From positions 1 through 37,720 of the forward strand of contig CBDUSL010000003.1 in the NCBI GenBank assembly GCA_965370265.1: DNA of 37,720 nucleotides. The letters are read 5' to 3'. Below the pieces are notes generated by a model, which searched no databases, was not told where the DNA came from, and worked only from the letters and a program-made list of their open reading frames with translations. How positions within the stretch are numbered: the first letter of the stretch is position 1; the number at the start of each line of letters is the position of its first letter. Below, piece after piece: positions 18,261-27,058 of this stretch. Source of the stretch: an uncultured bacterium (lineage in GTDB: Bacteria > Patescibacteriota > Patescibacteriia > JAXHNJ01). Position numbers and translations under genes: made by a program.

Positions 18261-19901
18261 ATGAAAGAAATTTTACAAAGTATTAACAAAAAAGAATGGC
18301 TATTTGTGTTAATTATGGCCTTCGTTTTGATTTTGGTAACTACCGCCCCAACTATTTTTGGATATTTAATAAAACCAGAAAATAAATTTTTTCCGGCCGT
18401 TCATTCTATGGGAGCTGGTGATTTTAATATTTACTATTCATATATTGATCAAGCTAAGGAGGGCAAACTTATATTTAGCGATTTATTTACTTCAGAAGAC
18501 CACTCTCCTTTTATTTTTAACCCCTTTTGGTTATTAGTGGGGGTGGGGGCCCGTCTTTTTAACCTTTCCAGTATTGCGGCTTATCAGATATCGAGAATAT
18601 TAATGATTATTGTTTTTTCTTTTGTTTTATATTTATTTATTAGTTATTTTATAAAAAAAATTAAGCTTCGGCGTTATTCTTTTTTCTTCCTGATAATTGC
18701 CTCCGGGCTGGGTGGATATGCTATGCCTACGATTAGAAATATATTTAACAATCAAATTAATTTAAAAATTTATCCCATGGATCTTTGGGTCTCAGAGGGA
18801 TTCAGCTTTCTTACTATTTACCATAGCCCCCATTTTATTATGTCTACAATTCTGATTATGTGTTCTCTTCTTTTTATGTACCACTCATTTTATAAAGAAA
18901 GGTGGATTTATACTATTGCCGCCGGGCTTATGGCCAATTTTTTAATTTTTTTCCACCCCTTCCACCTTCCTACTTTATTGGCTGTAGTTTTGATTTATAT
19001 TTTCGTAAAATCATTTAGAGACTGGAAGTTTTACTGGGTCTATATAAAAAAATATATTGTTTTTGTTTTTTTGATGCTTCCTGCTATTCTCTATCATTTT
19101 TTAATTCTTATTTATAATCCAATCGCCGCCGGACGAGCAGTAGGCAATATTTGTTTGACACCGAACTGGTGGGTGGTAATAATTAGTTACGGCCTTATTT
19201 TACCTTTTGCCATATGGGGAATAATAAAAAAAAGAAAAAACGAATCCTATCTTTTTATTATTGTATGGGTTATAGTCCAATTTATATTAATTTTTTCTCC
19301 TCTCACTTTTCAACGTCGGCTGACTCACGGGCTTCAAATTCCTCTGGCCCTTCTAGCTTTTGTTGGTCTTTATAGTTTATATAAATTTATTGATAAAAAA
19401 ATAAAATTAAATAGATGGATTAATAGCCCTTTAATTGTCTTGGTATTAATTTTATTTTTTGGTTTTTCTAACCTCTATGTTTTAGCTGAAGATTTTATTT
19501 ATTTTGGTGATTCTCAATATCGAGAAGAGCCAGAATATATTTATATTGATAAAGAATATAAAGACGCTTTTGATTGGTTAAAACAAAAAACACCTAAAGA
19601 AGCTATTGTTTTAGGTGACCATATTCCCAGTCACTTTACCTCTGGTTTTTCATTAAGAAGGACTTATCTTAGTCATTGGGTAGAAACATTAAATTTTTGG
19701 GAGAAAAGGGATAAAGTAATAATGTTTTATCAGACAGAAACAGGAGATCAATGGCGTAAGGACTTTCTAAAAGCGGAAAAAATAGATTATGTATTTTATA
19801 CGCCATTTGAAAAAAGGCACGGAGAGTATAATCCAGCCTTAAGTAATTATTTATCCCCAGTTTTTAGCAAGGGGGAGGTAATTATTTATGAAGTTTTATA
19901 A
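18261..19901 (+). CDS. Polytopic membrane protein, probable GT-C glycosyltransferase
   Basis: GDFNIYYSYIDQ loop, SPHF, HPF, FQRR, and C-terminal soluble domain (AFDWLK, TYLSHWVET, FLKAEKIDYV) typical of GT-C-like proteins. Confidence 0.6.
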   Translation: MKEILQSINKKEWLFVLIMAFVLILVTTAPTIFGYLIKPENKFFPAVHSMGAGDFNIYYSYIDQAKEGKLIFSDLFTSEDHSPFIFNPFWLLVGVGARLFNLSSIAAYQISRILMIIVFSFVLYLFISYFIKKIKLRRYSFFFLIIASGLGGYAMPTIRNIFNNQINLKIYPMDLWVSEGFSFLTIYHSPHFIMSTILIMCSLLFMYHSFYKERWIYTIAAGLMANFLIFFHPFHLPTLLAVVLIYIFVKSFRDWKFYWVYIKKYIVFVFLMLPAILYHFLILIYNPIAAGRAVGNICLTPNWWVVIISYGLILPFAIWGIIKKRKNESYLFIIVWVIVQFILIFSPLTFQRRLTHGLQIPLALLAFVGLYSLYKFIDKKIKLNRWINSPLIVLVLILFFGFSNLYVLAEDFIYFGDSQYREEPEYIYIDKEYKDAFDWLKQKTPKEAIVLGDHIPSHFTSGFSLRRTYLSHWVETLNFWEKRDKVIMFYQTETGDQWRKDFLKAEKIDYVFYTPFEKRHGEYNPALSNYLSPVFSKGEVIIYEVL

Positions 19902-21902
19902 AGTTATCCACAGGAGCCCTACCTCACCTAATTTTTCTATATTAGTAATGTAAGGTCTAAAAACCTTATTTTTATCCAGTCCCATCTTGCCTTCAGGTCT
20001 ATAAATAGAGAGCTTCACTTCAAAGCTGTTTTTTATTTGGCTGGGAATAAGAAGCTGGAAATTAACTTCAATTTTTTCCCCTACTTTCCAATCATGGGTA
20101 GGGTAAAATGCTGACAAAGGGTAGTTTGTTTCGTAGCTTTCTCCTAAACTTGAAAAAGAAAATTTAACCTGGTAATCAACCTCAGTTTTCTCAAGAGATT
20201 CCCAATAAAGAGAAAGAGGCAGTATTTTGTATTCAATACCATCTAGGACAGTGTTTTTTACTGGACCATTTATAAAACCTTTTAATTTTATGGGAGTATA
20301 GTTTTTATTTATAAGATTAATTTCTTCGGGGAAATTATCTAATTTTTGATAAGGCAAAGGCAAATTATTTTCTGCGTCTTTTTGATAAAGAAGATATTTG
20401 TCTACATAGGTGACCAACCCAAAATTATTTTCTTCAATAAGATTTCTTATTCTACTCGCCCCGGCGATATTTTTTTCATCAAATTCCCGATAGAGAAACT
20501 GGTAATAAAGAAAATCCGTATAATCAAAAAGGAGGTATTCCGTGTCTCCCGGAATTTTATATTCATAATCAGAATATTGTTTGTGGCCAAGGTATTGGTA
20601 GCTTAAAGAGTAAATCTTTTCTCTAGAAGAAAGGTGAGGCAAAAAATGAAAACTCGTCGCGACAGCAACCCCTTCAGGAACTTTTTTAACAAAATAATTG
20701 CGTAAAGAAATTTCCTCTTTTATTTCTGGGTAATTTATAAGATCCTTCACAAAATAAAAAGCAGGGCCTATTACTAGAGTTGAATAAAGGGTGATTAAAA
20801 AAAATATGGTCAGAAAAATCGTTTTTTCTCTTTTTAGAAAATTTAAAATTTTTGATCTATTTTCTTTGTAAAATATTTTTTCAAAAACAAAGATAAGAGA
20901 AATAAAAAGAAAAGGAATAAAAAGCGAAGTGTAATGGATTTCCAGAGCCAAGGCCCCGGCCGAAGAAAGGAAGATAATTTGAAAAAATATCAAAAGAGAG
21001 GGTAAAAGATATTTAGGCCTTAGCAGGGGCAGAAAAGCGAAAGGAATAAATATTCCTATAGTAAAAGAAAGATTATTTAACGAAAGAAAATGCTTAATAA
21101 CTTGCCAAGGGTGGTTCAGTATTCCCAAAATAATTGATTTGATGTCATTACCAAGCCATCCGTAGTAAAGGATAAATTTATATTGGCCATATCCAGATAT
21201 TACTCCGGTCATCTTCATAGAAAATAAAAACCATCCAATGCCTAAAATTAAGGGAGTAATTATCCACTGCCATTTTCTTTTTTCAATTGCCGATAAAACT
21301 CCAAACATAATTATGACCAAAGAAATGTCTTCTCGAACCAGGAGAGAAATTGATAAAAACAGCAAAAACAAGCCAAATTTTTTGTCAAGGTAAAAGTAAA
21401 AAGTAAAGAATAGAAAAAATATGGCTAAAGTAATAATATGAAATTCATAAGCATTAATATTATGAATAAAAACATTCAAAAGATAGAGTGTGCCTATAAA
21501 AAGACTGAGAAAGGGCGACAGTTTTTTGCGGGCGATTAAATAAAGGGGCCAGACAGAAAGACCAAGAATAAAACTTTGAAGTATCAGAAGAATAACAGGA
21601 CTTTTTATAATATAATAAACAGGAAGAAGAAAAGGAAGAATGATGGCAAAATGATCTCCCAAATAAGAATGAGGATGAATAGTTAAACCAAATAAATTGC
21701 CTTGACTGGTATTGTAAAAAACTTGATTAAAAATTGCTAAATCAAGACCGATATAATTAAAAGAGAAATATTTATAAAGACAAAAAATTGAAAAAACAAT
21801 AATATAAGTAATTGTTAAAAATAAAAGAATTTTTTTATCATTCTCCTTGATGTATTTTTTTAATTGAACACTTTTATTGTTCAGTCTGTCAGCTAAAGTC
21901 AT
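19896..21902 (-). CDS. DUF2079-family membrane protein (GT-C-like)
   Basis: DLAIFNQVFYNT..G, SYLGDHF, LLILQS, EFH, LVRED, HY, PHLSSRE; C-terminal YPTHDWKVGE soluble domain. Confidence 0.75.
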   Translation of the reverse strand: MTLADRLNNKSVQLKKYIKENDKKILLFLTITYIIVFSIFCLYKYFSFNYIGLDLAIFNQVFYNTSQGNLFGLTIHPHSYLGDHFAIILPFLLPVYYIIKSPVILLILQSFILGLSVWPLYLIARKKLSPFLSLFIGTLYLLNVFIHNINAYEFHIITLAIFFLFFTFYFYLDKKFGLFLLFLSISLLVREDISLVIIMFGVLSAIEKRKWQWIITPLILGIGWFLFSMKMTGVISGYGQYKFILYYGWLGNDIKSIILGILNHPWQVIKHFLSLNNLSFTIGIFIPFAFLPLLRPKYLLPSLLIFFQIIFLSSAGALALEIHYTSLFIPFLFISLIFVFEKIFYKENRSKILNFLKREKTIFLTIFFLITLYSTLVIGPAFYFVKDLINYPEIKEEISLRNYFVKKVPEGVAVATSFHFLPHLSSREKIYSLSYQYLGHKQYSDYEYKIPGDTEYLLFDYTDFLYYQFLYREFDEKNIAGASRIRNLIEENNFGLVTYVDKYLLYQKDAENNLPLPYQKLDNFPEEINLINKNYTPIKLKGFINGPVKNTVLDGIEYKILPLSLYWESLEKTEVDYQVKFSFSSLGESYETNYPLSAFYPTHDWKVGEKIEVNFQLLIPSQIKNSFEVKLSIYRPEGKMGLDKNKVFRPYITNIEKLGEVGLLWITL

Positions 21903-21951
21903 TAGTTTTTTAGTGTTTATTACTAGTTTATTTTATCTTATATTTTTGAAG

Positions 21952-21985
21952 AAAACAAACCGCCCCCCGCGAAAGCGGGGGGCGG
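21952..21985 (-). terminator. Strong intrinsic terminator of the pilin pair
   Basis: CCGCCCCCCGC-4 nt-GCGGGGGGCGG perfect 11-bp GC stem, followed on the minus strand by TTTGTTTT. Confidence 0.9.
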
Positions 21986-22011
21986 CGTATATCTCAATTA
22001 GAAATTATCCT

Positions 22012-22362
22012 TTAGGTAGTCACATTAGCGGTAGTGCCAGCAACAAAAATGACGATGGCCCAGGCTAACAAGACGATAATCAAGCCAATAACAGCGGCAG
22101 AAATTACTTTTTTGGCTTTTTCTATTCTTTCTTCATTGCCGGCAGCAGTCATCCATTGAAAACCACCAATGATGATCATAACGACAGCGACGAGAGCTAA
22201 GATTCCAAGAACCCATTGGATAATGTTAATGACAGTTTCTTTAAGGTCAGCTGTTCCAAGACCGACTTCAACGGGTTCAATAGAATAACTGGTAGCAGCA
22301 GAAGCAACGAAAGGCATGGCTAAGAGAAGAATAGAACTTGTGATTAAAGCAAATTTTTTCAT
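22012..22362 (-). CDS. VirB2/TrbC-like pilin, copy 2
   Basis: Signal peptide ending ASA|A; two hydrophobic helices separated by GGF.WMTAAGNEERIEKAKK; perfect SD AAAGGAGGTGA upstream. Confidence 0.85.
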   Translation of the reverse strand: MKKFALITSSILLLAMPFVASAATSYSIEPVEVGLGTADLKETVINIIQWVLGILALVAVVMIIIGGFQWMTAAGNEERIEKAKKVISAAVIGLIIVLLAWAIVIFVAGTTANVTT

Positions 22363-22402
22363 TATTTCACCTCCTTTCCAAACTAAGATTAGTTTTTAAG
22401 AA

Positions 22403-22759
22403 TTATTCAGTTACATTAGCGGTAGTGCCAGCAACAAAAATGACAATGGCCCAGGCTAATAAGATGACGATTAAACCAATAACAGCCGCAGAAATAATTT
22501 TTTTCGCTTTTTCAATTCGATCTTCATTGCCGGCAGCAGTCATCCACGTAAACCCACCATAGATAATCATAACGACAGCGACGAGAGCTAAGATGCCAAG
22601 AATCCATTGGATGATGTTTATGACGCTGTCTTTAAGGTCAGCTGTGCCTAGACCAACTTGACTGCCAATGTCTTCGATAGAATAACTGGTAGCAGCGGAA
22701 GCAACGAAAGGTAAAGCCAAAATAAGCAGAGAAGTGGCAATAAGTGTGATTTTCTTCAT
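22403..22759 (-). CDS. VirB2/TrbC-like pilin, copy 1
   Basis: Near-identical paralogue of the adjacent gene; YGGFTWMTAAGNEDRIEKAKK. Confidence 0.85.
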   Translation of the reverse strand: MKKITLIATSLLILALPFVASAATSYSIEDIGSQVGLGTADLKDSVINIIQWILGILALVAVVMIIYGGFTWMTAAGNEDRIEKAKKIISAAVIGLIVILLAWAIVIFVAGTTANVTE

Positions 22760-22810
22760 TTTTTTGTTTTCCCTTTGTTAAATTTCTTAGTATAGAAATT
22801 TCTTTTATTT

Positions 22811-22839
22811 ATTATATCTTAAATCTTCCTATTTGTCAA
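22811..22839 (-). promoter_or_regulatory. Consensus sigma70 promoter for the pilin pair
   Basis: Minus strand TTGACA-N17-TATAAT, exact consensus. Confidence 0.85.
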
Positions 22840-22855
22840 ATTTATTCTAATAAAT

Positions 22856-23197
22856 TTATGTGGTTTCGACCATTGTTTTTAGGAGATATTGAACAATTAC
22901 CCAACTGGCAAGAATAGTAACGATGCCAATCGAGGCCCAGAGCAAAGCATCTTTTGCTTTTTTCACTTGCTCGGCATTACCGCCAGAGGTAAGCATAAGA
23001 AAACCGCCCCATATAAAAATAAACAAAGCAAAAACCCCTACTGCCCCCAAGAGTATTCGAATTATGCCTGTAAAAAGGCAAATCAAATCATTGCATTTTA
23101 ATGGGTTGAAAAGTTCAGAATTACTACCGTTGGCTAAAACAGTCAAGGGAACGAATAAGAAGGTTAGAGAAAATAAAATAATAATCTTTTTTTTCAT
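22856..23197 (-). CDS. VirB2/TrbC-like pilin (divergent)
   Basis: Signal peptide VLA|N, NPL, WGGFLMLTSGGNAEQVKKAK..L.WA.IG. Confidence 0.8.
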   Translation of the reverse strand: MKKKIIILFSLTFLFVPLTVLANGSNSELFNPLKCNDLICLFTGIIRILLGAVGVFALFIFIWGGFLMLTSGGNAEQVKKAKDALLWASIGIVTILASWVIVQYLLKTMVETT

Positions 23198-23233
23198 ATT
23201 GTTTAATTTATTAAAATTAAGATTAGAAGTTAA

Positions 23234-24664
23234 TTAGAAACAGTTGCCTATTCCATCTGGAAGTGTGGGGGGGAGAATAGGCACACGTAATTCCGGGTAA
23301 AAATACGTACCGACTAGCGAAGTATTACATTTTGATTTAGCTATCCAATCGCAGGCATACCAGCCTATAGCAGGGTCATCTTCATCTACATGGGAAAATT
23401 CAGCACAAGTGCCATAATTACAGTCGTCATAATTATTCATTTTAGATAAAGCATCCTCTTCTGTCGAATATATGTAATTTGTTTCATGATTAGTATCCCG
23501 GCATTCACTTCTTTGTACATAACAAGTATTTAGAATTTCTACACAAACATGCCACTGACAGTCTATAAATGTTGCTAATTCGTCATTATTAAATACTTCA
23601 TCGGAGAGGCAGCCTGTATCGGTATAATAACAGGATTTTGACAAATCAGTAGGAAGACAAAAACCAACTTCACATATTTCATGGTCTATACAAGATCCCT
23701 CCACTGCATAATTATAAAGACCTTGTTCATTATAATTTATACAATCTTTTTTTTCTAATACATCCAGGCAGCGAGTTAAAGGATTGTTTGGTGTATCGTC
23801 AGGAATACAACAATATTCATATTCCTCTTTTGGGAGAATGGGTACAGGTTCAAAACTGGCGTTGCAGGTGCCCGATCCTTCAGCAATAATTTTCCAAGTA
23901 TTTTCTCCTACAACTCCGATAGGATCCGCAATTCCTGAGTTGATCTGAAAATTAAAAACACACTCATGAGTCTGTTTGCCAAAACAACCATCTACCGCTC
24001 CGCAATCACAGCCATCCAACTTTCCAATATCTCTTTGTACACGCTGAACATTAATATCGGTAGGAGAACCTCTTTCTCCGCCACAGCCATATTTAAGATT
24101 ATTTTTTTCACAGGCAAGATTGAATTCGGTATGACATTCCTCACCGCCTCCCCACCAAAACATGCCATCTATTCTAGTATCCTCGGCAAAGGCAAAAATA
24201 TAAAAATTTACCATAATCCAGGCCGTTAAAACAATTAACATGCCTACAACAGCTCCTTTTAAAACATTTTTAGCTTTTTGGATATGTTCAGGCCGGCCAG
24301 CGGCAATGATCATGCCAAACCCACCCCAAATAAAGAAAAAGAGGACAGCCACGGCCAATAAAGACAAACCGAAACGATAAGCATTAATAAGAAGGCCCAC
24401 AAAATTGTCAAAACCGCAGGCATTATAATCAAAAACATTTACTATATTACCATTTTTTGCTTTGTCATAATCACTAGCGTAAATGCATTTTACGTTTTTA
24501 CACTTATCTTCATTTAAAGTAGCATCACCGCCGATTTCTACTTGATAAACAGTCACATCACAATCCGGAAGAATTTTAGGTAAACTTATCGCCTGAGCTT
24601 TTAAAGGGACTGTAAAAATGATTAAGAGAATAAGAGTTAAAATAATTTTTTGACTTAGTTTCAT
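23234..24664 (-). CDS. Large pilin-domain protein with peptidoglycan-binding domain and Cys-rich C-terminus
   Basis: Start moved to ATG 24664 (MKLSQK); signal peptide AQA|I; pilin segment WGGFGMIIAAGRPEHIQKAK; PG_binding_1-like VQRVQ..DGCFGKQT..VFNFQ..G..GVVGENTW; many Cys downstream. Confidence 0.75.
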   Translation of the reverse strand: MKLSQKIILTLILLIIFTVPLKAQAISLPKILPDCDVTVYQVEIGGDATLNEDKCKNVKCIYASDYDKAKNGNIVNVFDYNACGFDNFVGLLINAYRFGLSLLAVAVLFFFIWGGFGMIIAAGRPEHIQKAKNVLKGAVVGMLIVLTAWIMVNFYIFAFAEDTRIDGMFWWGGGEECHTEFNLACEKNNLKYGCGGERGSPTDINVQRVQRDIGKLDGCDCGAVDGCFGKQTHECVFNFQINSGIADPIGVVGENTWKIIAEGSGTCNASFEPVPILPKEEYEYCCIPDDTPNNPLTRCLDVLEKKDCINYNEQGLYNYAVEGSCIDHEICEVGFCLPTDLSKSCYYTDTGCLSDEVFNNDELATFIDCQWHVCVEILNTCYVQRSECRDTNHETNYIYSTEEDALSKMNNYDDCNYGTCAEFSHVDEDDPAIGWYACDWIAKSKCNTSLVGTYFYPELRVPILPPTLPDGIGNCF

Positions 24665-24668
24665 AGGT

Positions 24669-26060
24669 TTACAAAGAAAACTCAATTTTTTCTGCTGCCA
24701 AATTAATAGCTTCATAAACACTTTGGTTTTCTAGTGCCACTGAATCTATCATTTTAGCGAAGTAATTTTCAACGGCTGTTGCATCCCGACCTGTGTACCA
24801 GTTCTTGGCGGTAAGGGCCTGATTGGCCCATATTTCAAGCCCCTGATTATTAACCTGGTCTTTAAGAATAGATTTAAGAGGAGATATTTGCCCGGTTTTT
24901 TCGATATATTCTTTATTTCTATTTTCCCGAGCAATGAATTGGACAAGATCCCAGGCTTCTTGGGGAACAGAAGATTTTTTAGCCACAGTATGAACCCAAT
25001 ATTTTCCAAAGTTAATTTGAACAGGATTGCCGGCTTGATTAATAACTCTGTCTAGACCAGGTGTAATATGAAACATACTGGTGATTCCATAATTCAAACC
25101 CCCTGTCCTCTCAATCTCTTTTTTGTCGGCCAGAATGCCGATATAGTAAGCTGATTTACCGCTGTTAAAACTATCTAAGCTTTTTGGCTGAGAAGAATTC
25201 CAAGAATATGTTTCTTTGTTAAAATTAGCAAAAGTAGAATAGAACTCTAATGCTCTTGCACCTAAGCTTTCGGTTTCCACTAAATCATCAAAAGTTATTG
25301 TTTCTCCGTCAGTAGAGATCATACTGGCCCCGTTTTGCATCATGAGAAGAGAGAGAATTTCATAGTAATGATTAATATTGGAAGAAAGCCCAAGGGCAAT
25401 AGCTGACTGAAGAATATTATTTTGGTTGTCAAGAAGAGTAAGTTTTGAAGACTGGCTTACTAATTCATTCCAGGTTTTAGCCGGCTCTACAATAAAAGCA
25501 TTATTTAAGAGGTCTTTGTTATAGTAGAGGGCGAGCGTATCTATACTATAGGGAAGACCATAAATTTGCCTTACTCCAGCCGTATTTGTATAAACAATAT
25601 CATCATAAATGATATCAATATAATCATTTTGAATATCCCGTGTAGTAGGGGAAATTTTGGTCACTTTATTTATTTGAGTAGTGTTTCTAAAAAAAACTTT
25701 TTTTGTCTCATAGTAAGATGTAGTTATTTTACTTGGCATTGGTTTTATAAATTCCTGATATTTTTTTACCCAAGTTGAGGGAAGAGTGAAAATATCCGGA
25801 CCTTGATCACGTGCCCAAGCTTGAATTAATTTTTCTTCATATTCCCCAATCTTTAATTCACGAAAATTAACAGTGACATAAGGATGGTAGCTCTGAAAAG
25901 CAGTTACTATTTCTTTATAGTCATTTTCACTTCCTTCAACGATCCAATAATTTAGAGTAACTGGAACAGGAGTCACGCTTGAGCTGCGCATAAATAAACC
26001 GACAATAATTGGTATTGAAATTAGTAATAGAATAGCGCCGATAATTATATATTTTCTCAT
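24669..26060 (-). CDS. Extracellular solute-binding protein (carbohydrate ABC SBP-like), membrane anchored
   Basis: N-terminal TM, GPDIF, IYGLPYSIDTLALYYNKDLL, PAKTWNEL, F.SGKSA, EAWDLVQF. Confidence 0.85.
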   Translation of the reverse strand: MRKYIIIGAILLLISIPIIVGLFMRSSSVTPVPVTLNYWIVEGSENDYKEIVTAFQSYHPYVTVNFRELKIGEYEEKLIQAWARDQGPDIFTLPSTWVKKYQEFIKPMPSKITTSYYETKKVFFRNTTQINKVTKISPTTRDIQNDYIDIIYDDIVYTNTAGVRQIYGLPYSIDTLALYYNKDLLNNAFIVEPAKTWNELVSQSSKLTLLDNQNNILQSAIALGLSSNINHYYEILSLLMMQNGASMISTDGETITFDDLVETESLGARALEFYSTFANFNKETYSWNSSQPKSLDSFNSGKSAYYIGILADKKEIERTGGLNYGITSMFHITPGLDRVINQAGNPVQINFGKYWVHTVAKKSSVPQEAWDLVQFIARENRNKEYIEKTGQISPLKSILKDQVNNQGLEIWANQALTAKNWYTGRDATAVENYFAKMIDSVALENQSVYEAINLAAEKIEFSL

Positions 26061-26923
26061 TTTTTTCGCTTAAGATATTCTTTAAGTTGTTTTTTTGTTT
26101 CTGGGTGTTTGAGACCAAATTCAATATTAGCTTTTAGGTAACCAAACTTACTGCCCGTGTCGTAATATTTTGCTTTTTTAATAACGCAAGCCATTACCTT
26201 TTCTTCTTTGGCTAATTTATTAATCGCGTCAACCAACCATACCTCTCCGCCTTTGCCGGGCTTTTGTTTTTTTAAATGCCTAAAAATCCCGGGGGTAAGT
26301 AGATAGGCGCCGTGGGCCGCGAGTCTTGAGGGCGCTTCTTTGGCCGAAGGTTTTTCAACGATTTCTTCAATTTGGTGAATATTTCCCTCAACCCTCTTGG
26401 CCTTAGCAATGCCGTATTTACTTACTTCTTCTTTTTCGACTTTAATAGCAGAAATGACCGAACACTTATATTTTTTATAAACATCCAGCATTTGTTTTAC
26501 CCGGGGCGGAGTTGAATAGATAAATTCGTCTCCCCAAATAACCAAAAAAGGTTCATCTCCAATTAGGGGTTCGGCGCATAAAGCGGGGGTGCCGTTACCG
26601 TAAGGCCCTTTTTGGCGGATGAAAATAAAATTCGCTAAATCAGCAATTCTTTTTATTTCTTGAGATTTGCTTTTCTTGCCGGTTTTATTTAATTTTTCTT
26701 CCAATTCTACTGAGTGGTCAAAATGATCTTCAATTGCTTTCTTATTTTTATCGGTAACGATGATAATATCTTTGATACCGGAGGAGGAAAGCTCTTCTAC
26801 CACGAATTGAATGACAGGCTTGTCTACGATAGGCAGCATTTCTTTGGGTAAGGCTTTGGTTGCAGGAAGAAAGCGGGTACCGAGTCCAGCCGCTGGTATT
26901 ACTGCTTTGGTTACTTTGGTCAT
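26057..26923 (-). CDS. galU: UTP--glucose-1-phosphate uridylyltransferase
   Basis: KAVIPAAGLGTRFLPATKALPKEMLPIVDKP, IEDHFD, VEKP, YDTGSK.GYLKA. Confidence 0.95.
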   Translation of the reverse strand: MTKVTKAVIPAAGLGTRFLPATKALPKEMLPIVDKPVIQFVVEELSSSGIKDIIIVTDKNKKAIEDHFDHSVELEEKLNKTGKKSKSQEIKRIADLANFIFIRQKGPYGNGTPALCAEPLIGDEPFLVIWGDEFIYSTPPRVKQMLDVYKKYKCSVISAIKVEKEEVSKYGIAKAKRVEGNIHQIEEIVEKPSAKEAPSRLAAHGAYLLTPGIFRHLKKQKPGKGGEVWLVDAINKLAKEEKVMACVIKKAKYYDTGSKFGYLKANIEFGLKHPETKKQLKEYLKRKK

Positions 26924-26950
26924 CGTAAAAATAAATTAAAAACTGCCCAT

Positions 26951-26979
26951 ATTATAACAAATAAGGGCAGTTCTGTAAA
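26951..26979 (-). promoter_or_regulatory. sigma70 promoter of galU
   Basis: Minus strand TTTACA-N17-TATAAT with extended TG. Confidence 0.65.
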
Positions 26980-27058
26980 ATTTAATTATTCGTTTTGTCT
27001 AGAATTTTACTATTTAACTAAGTCAACCTGAATTTCGTTTAGATTGCCTGGCATTCTA

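Noticed and set aside
19904-19912. Perfect DnaA box TTATCCACA (another at 35359..35367, reverse)
   Set aside because: Isolated single boxes, one inside a CDS; no cluster or dnaA/dnaN nearby, so no oriC call.
22012-24664. Pilins as evidence of a conjugative element or type IV pili
   Set aside because: No relaxase, VirB4, integrase or att sites in the window; no class III prepilin cleavage motif.
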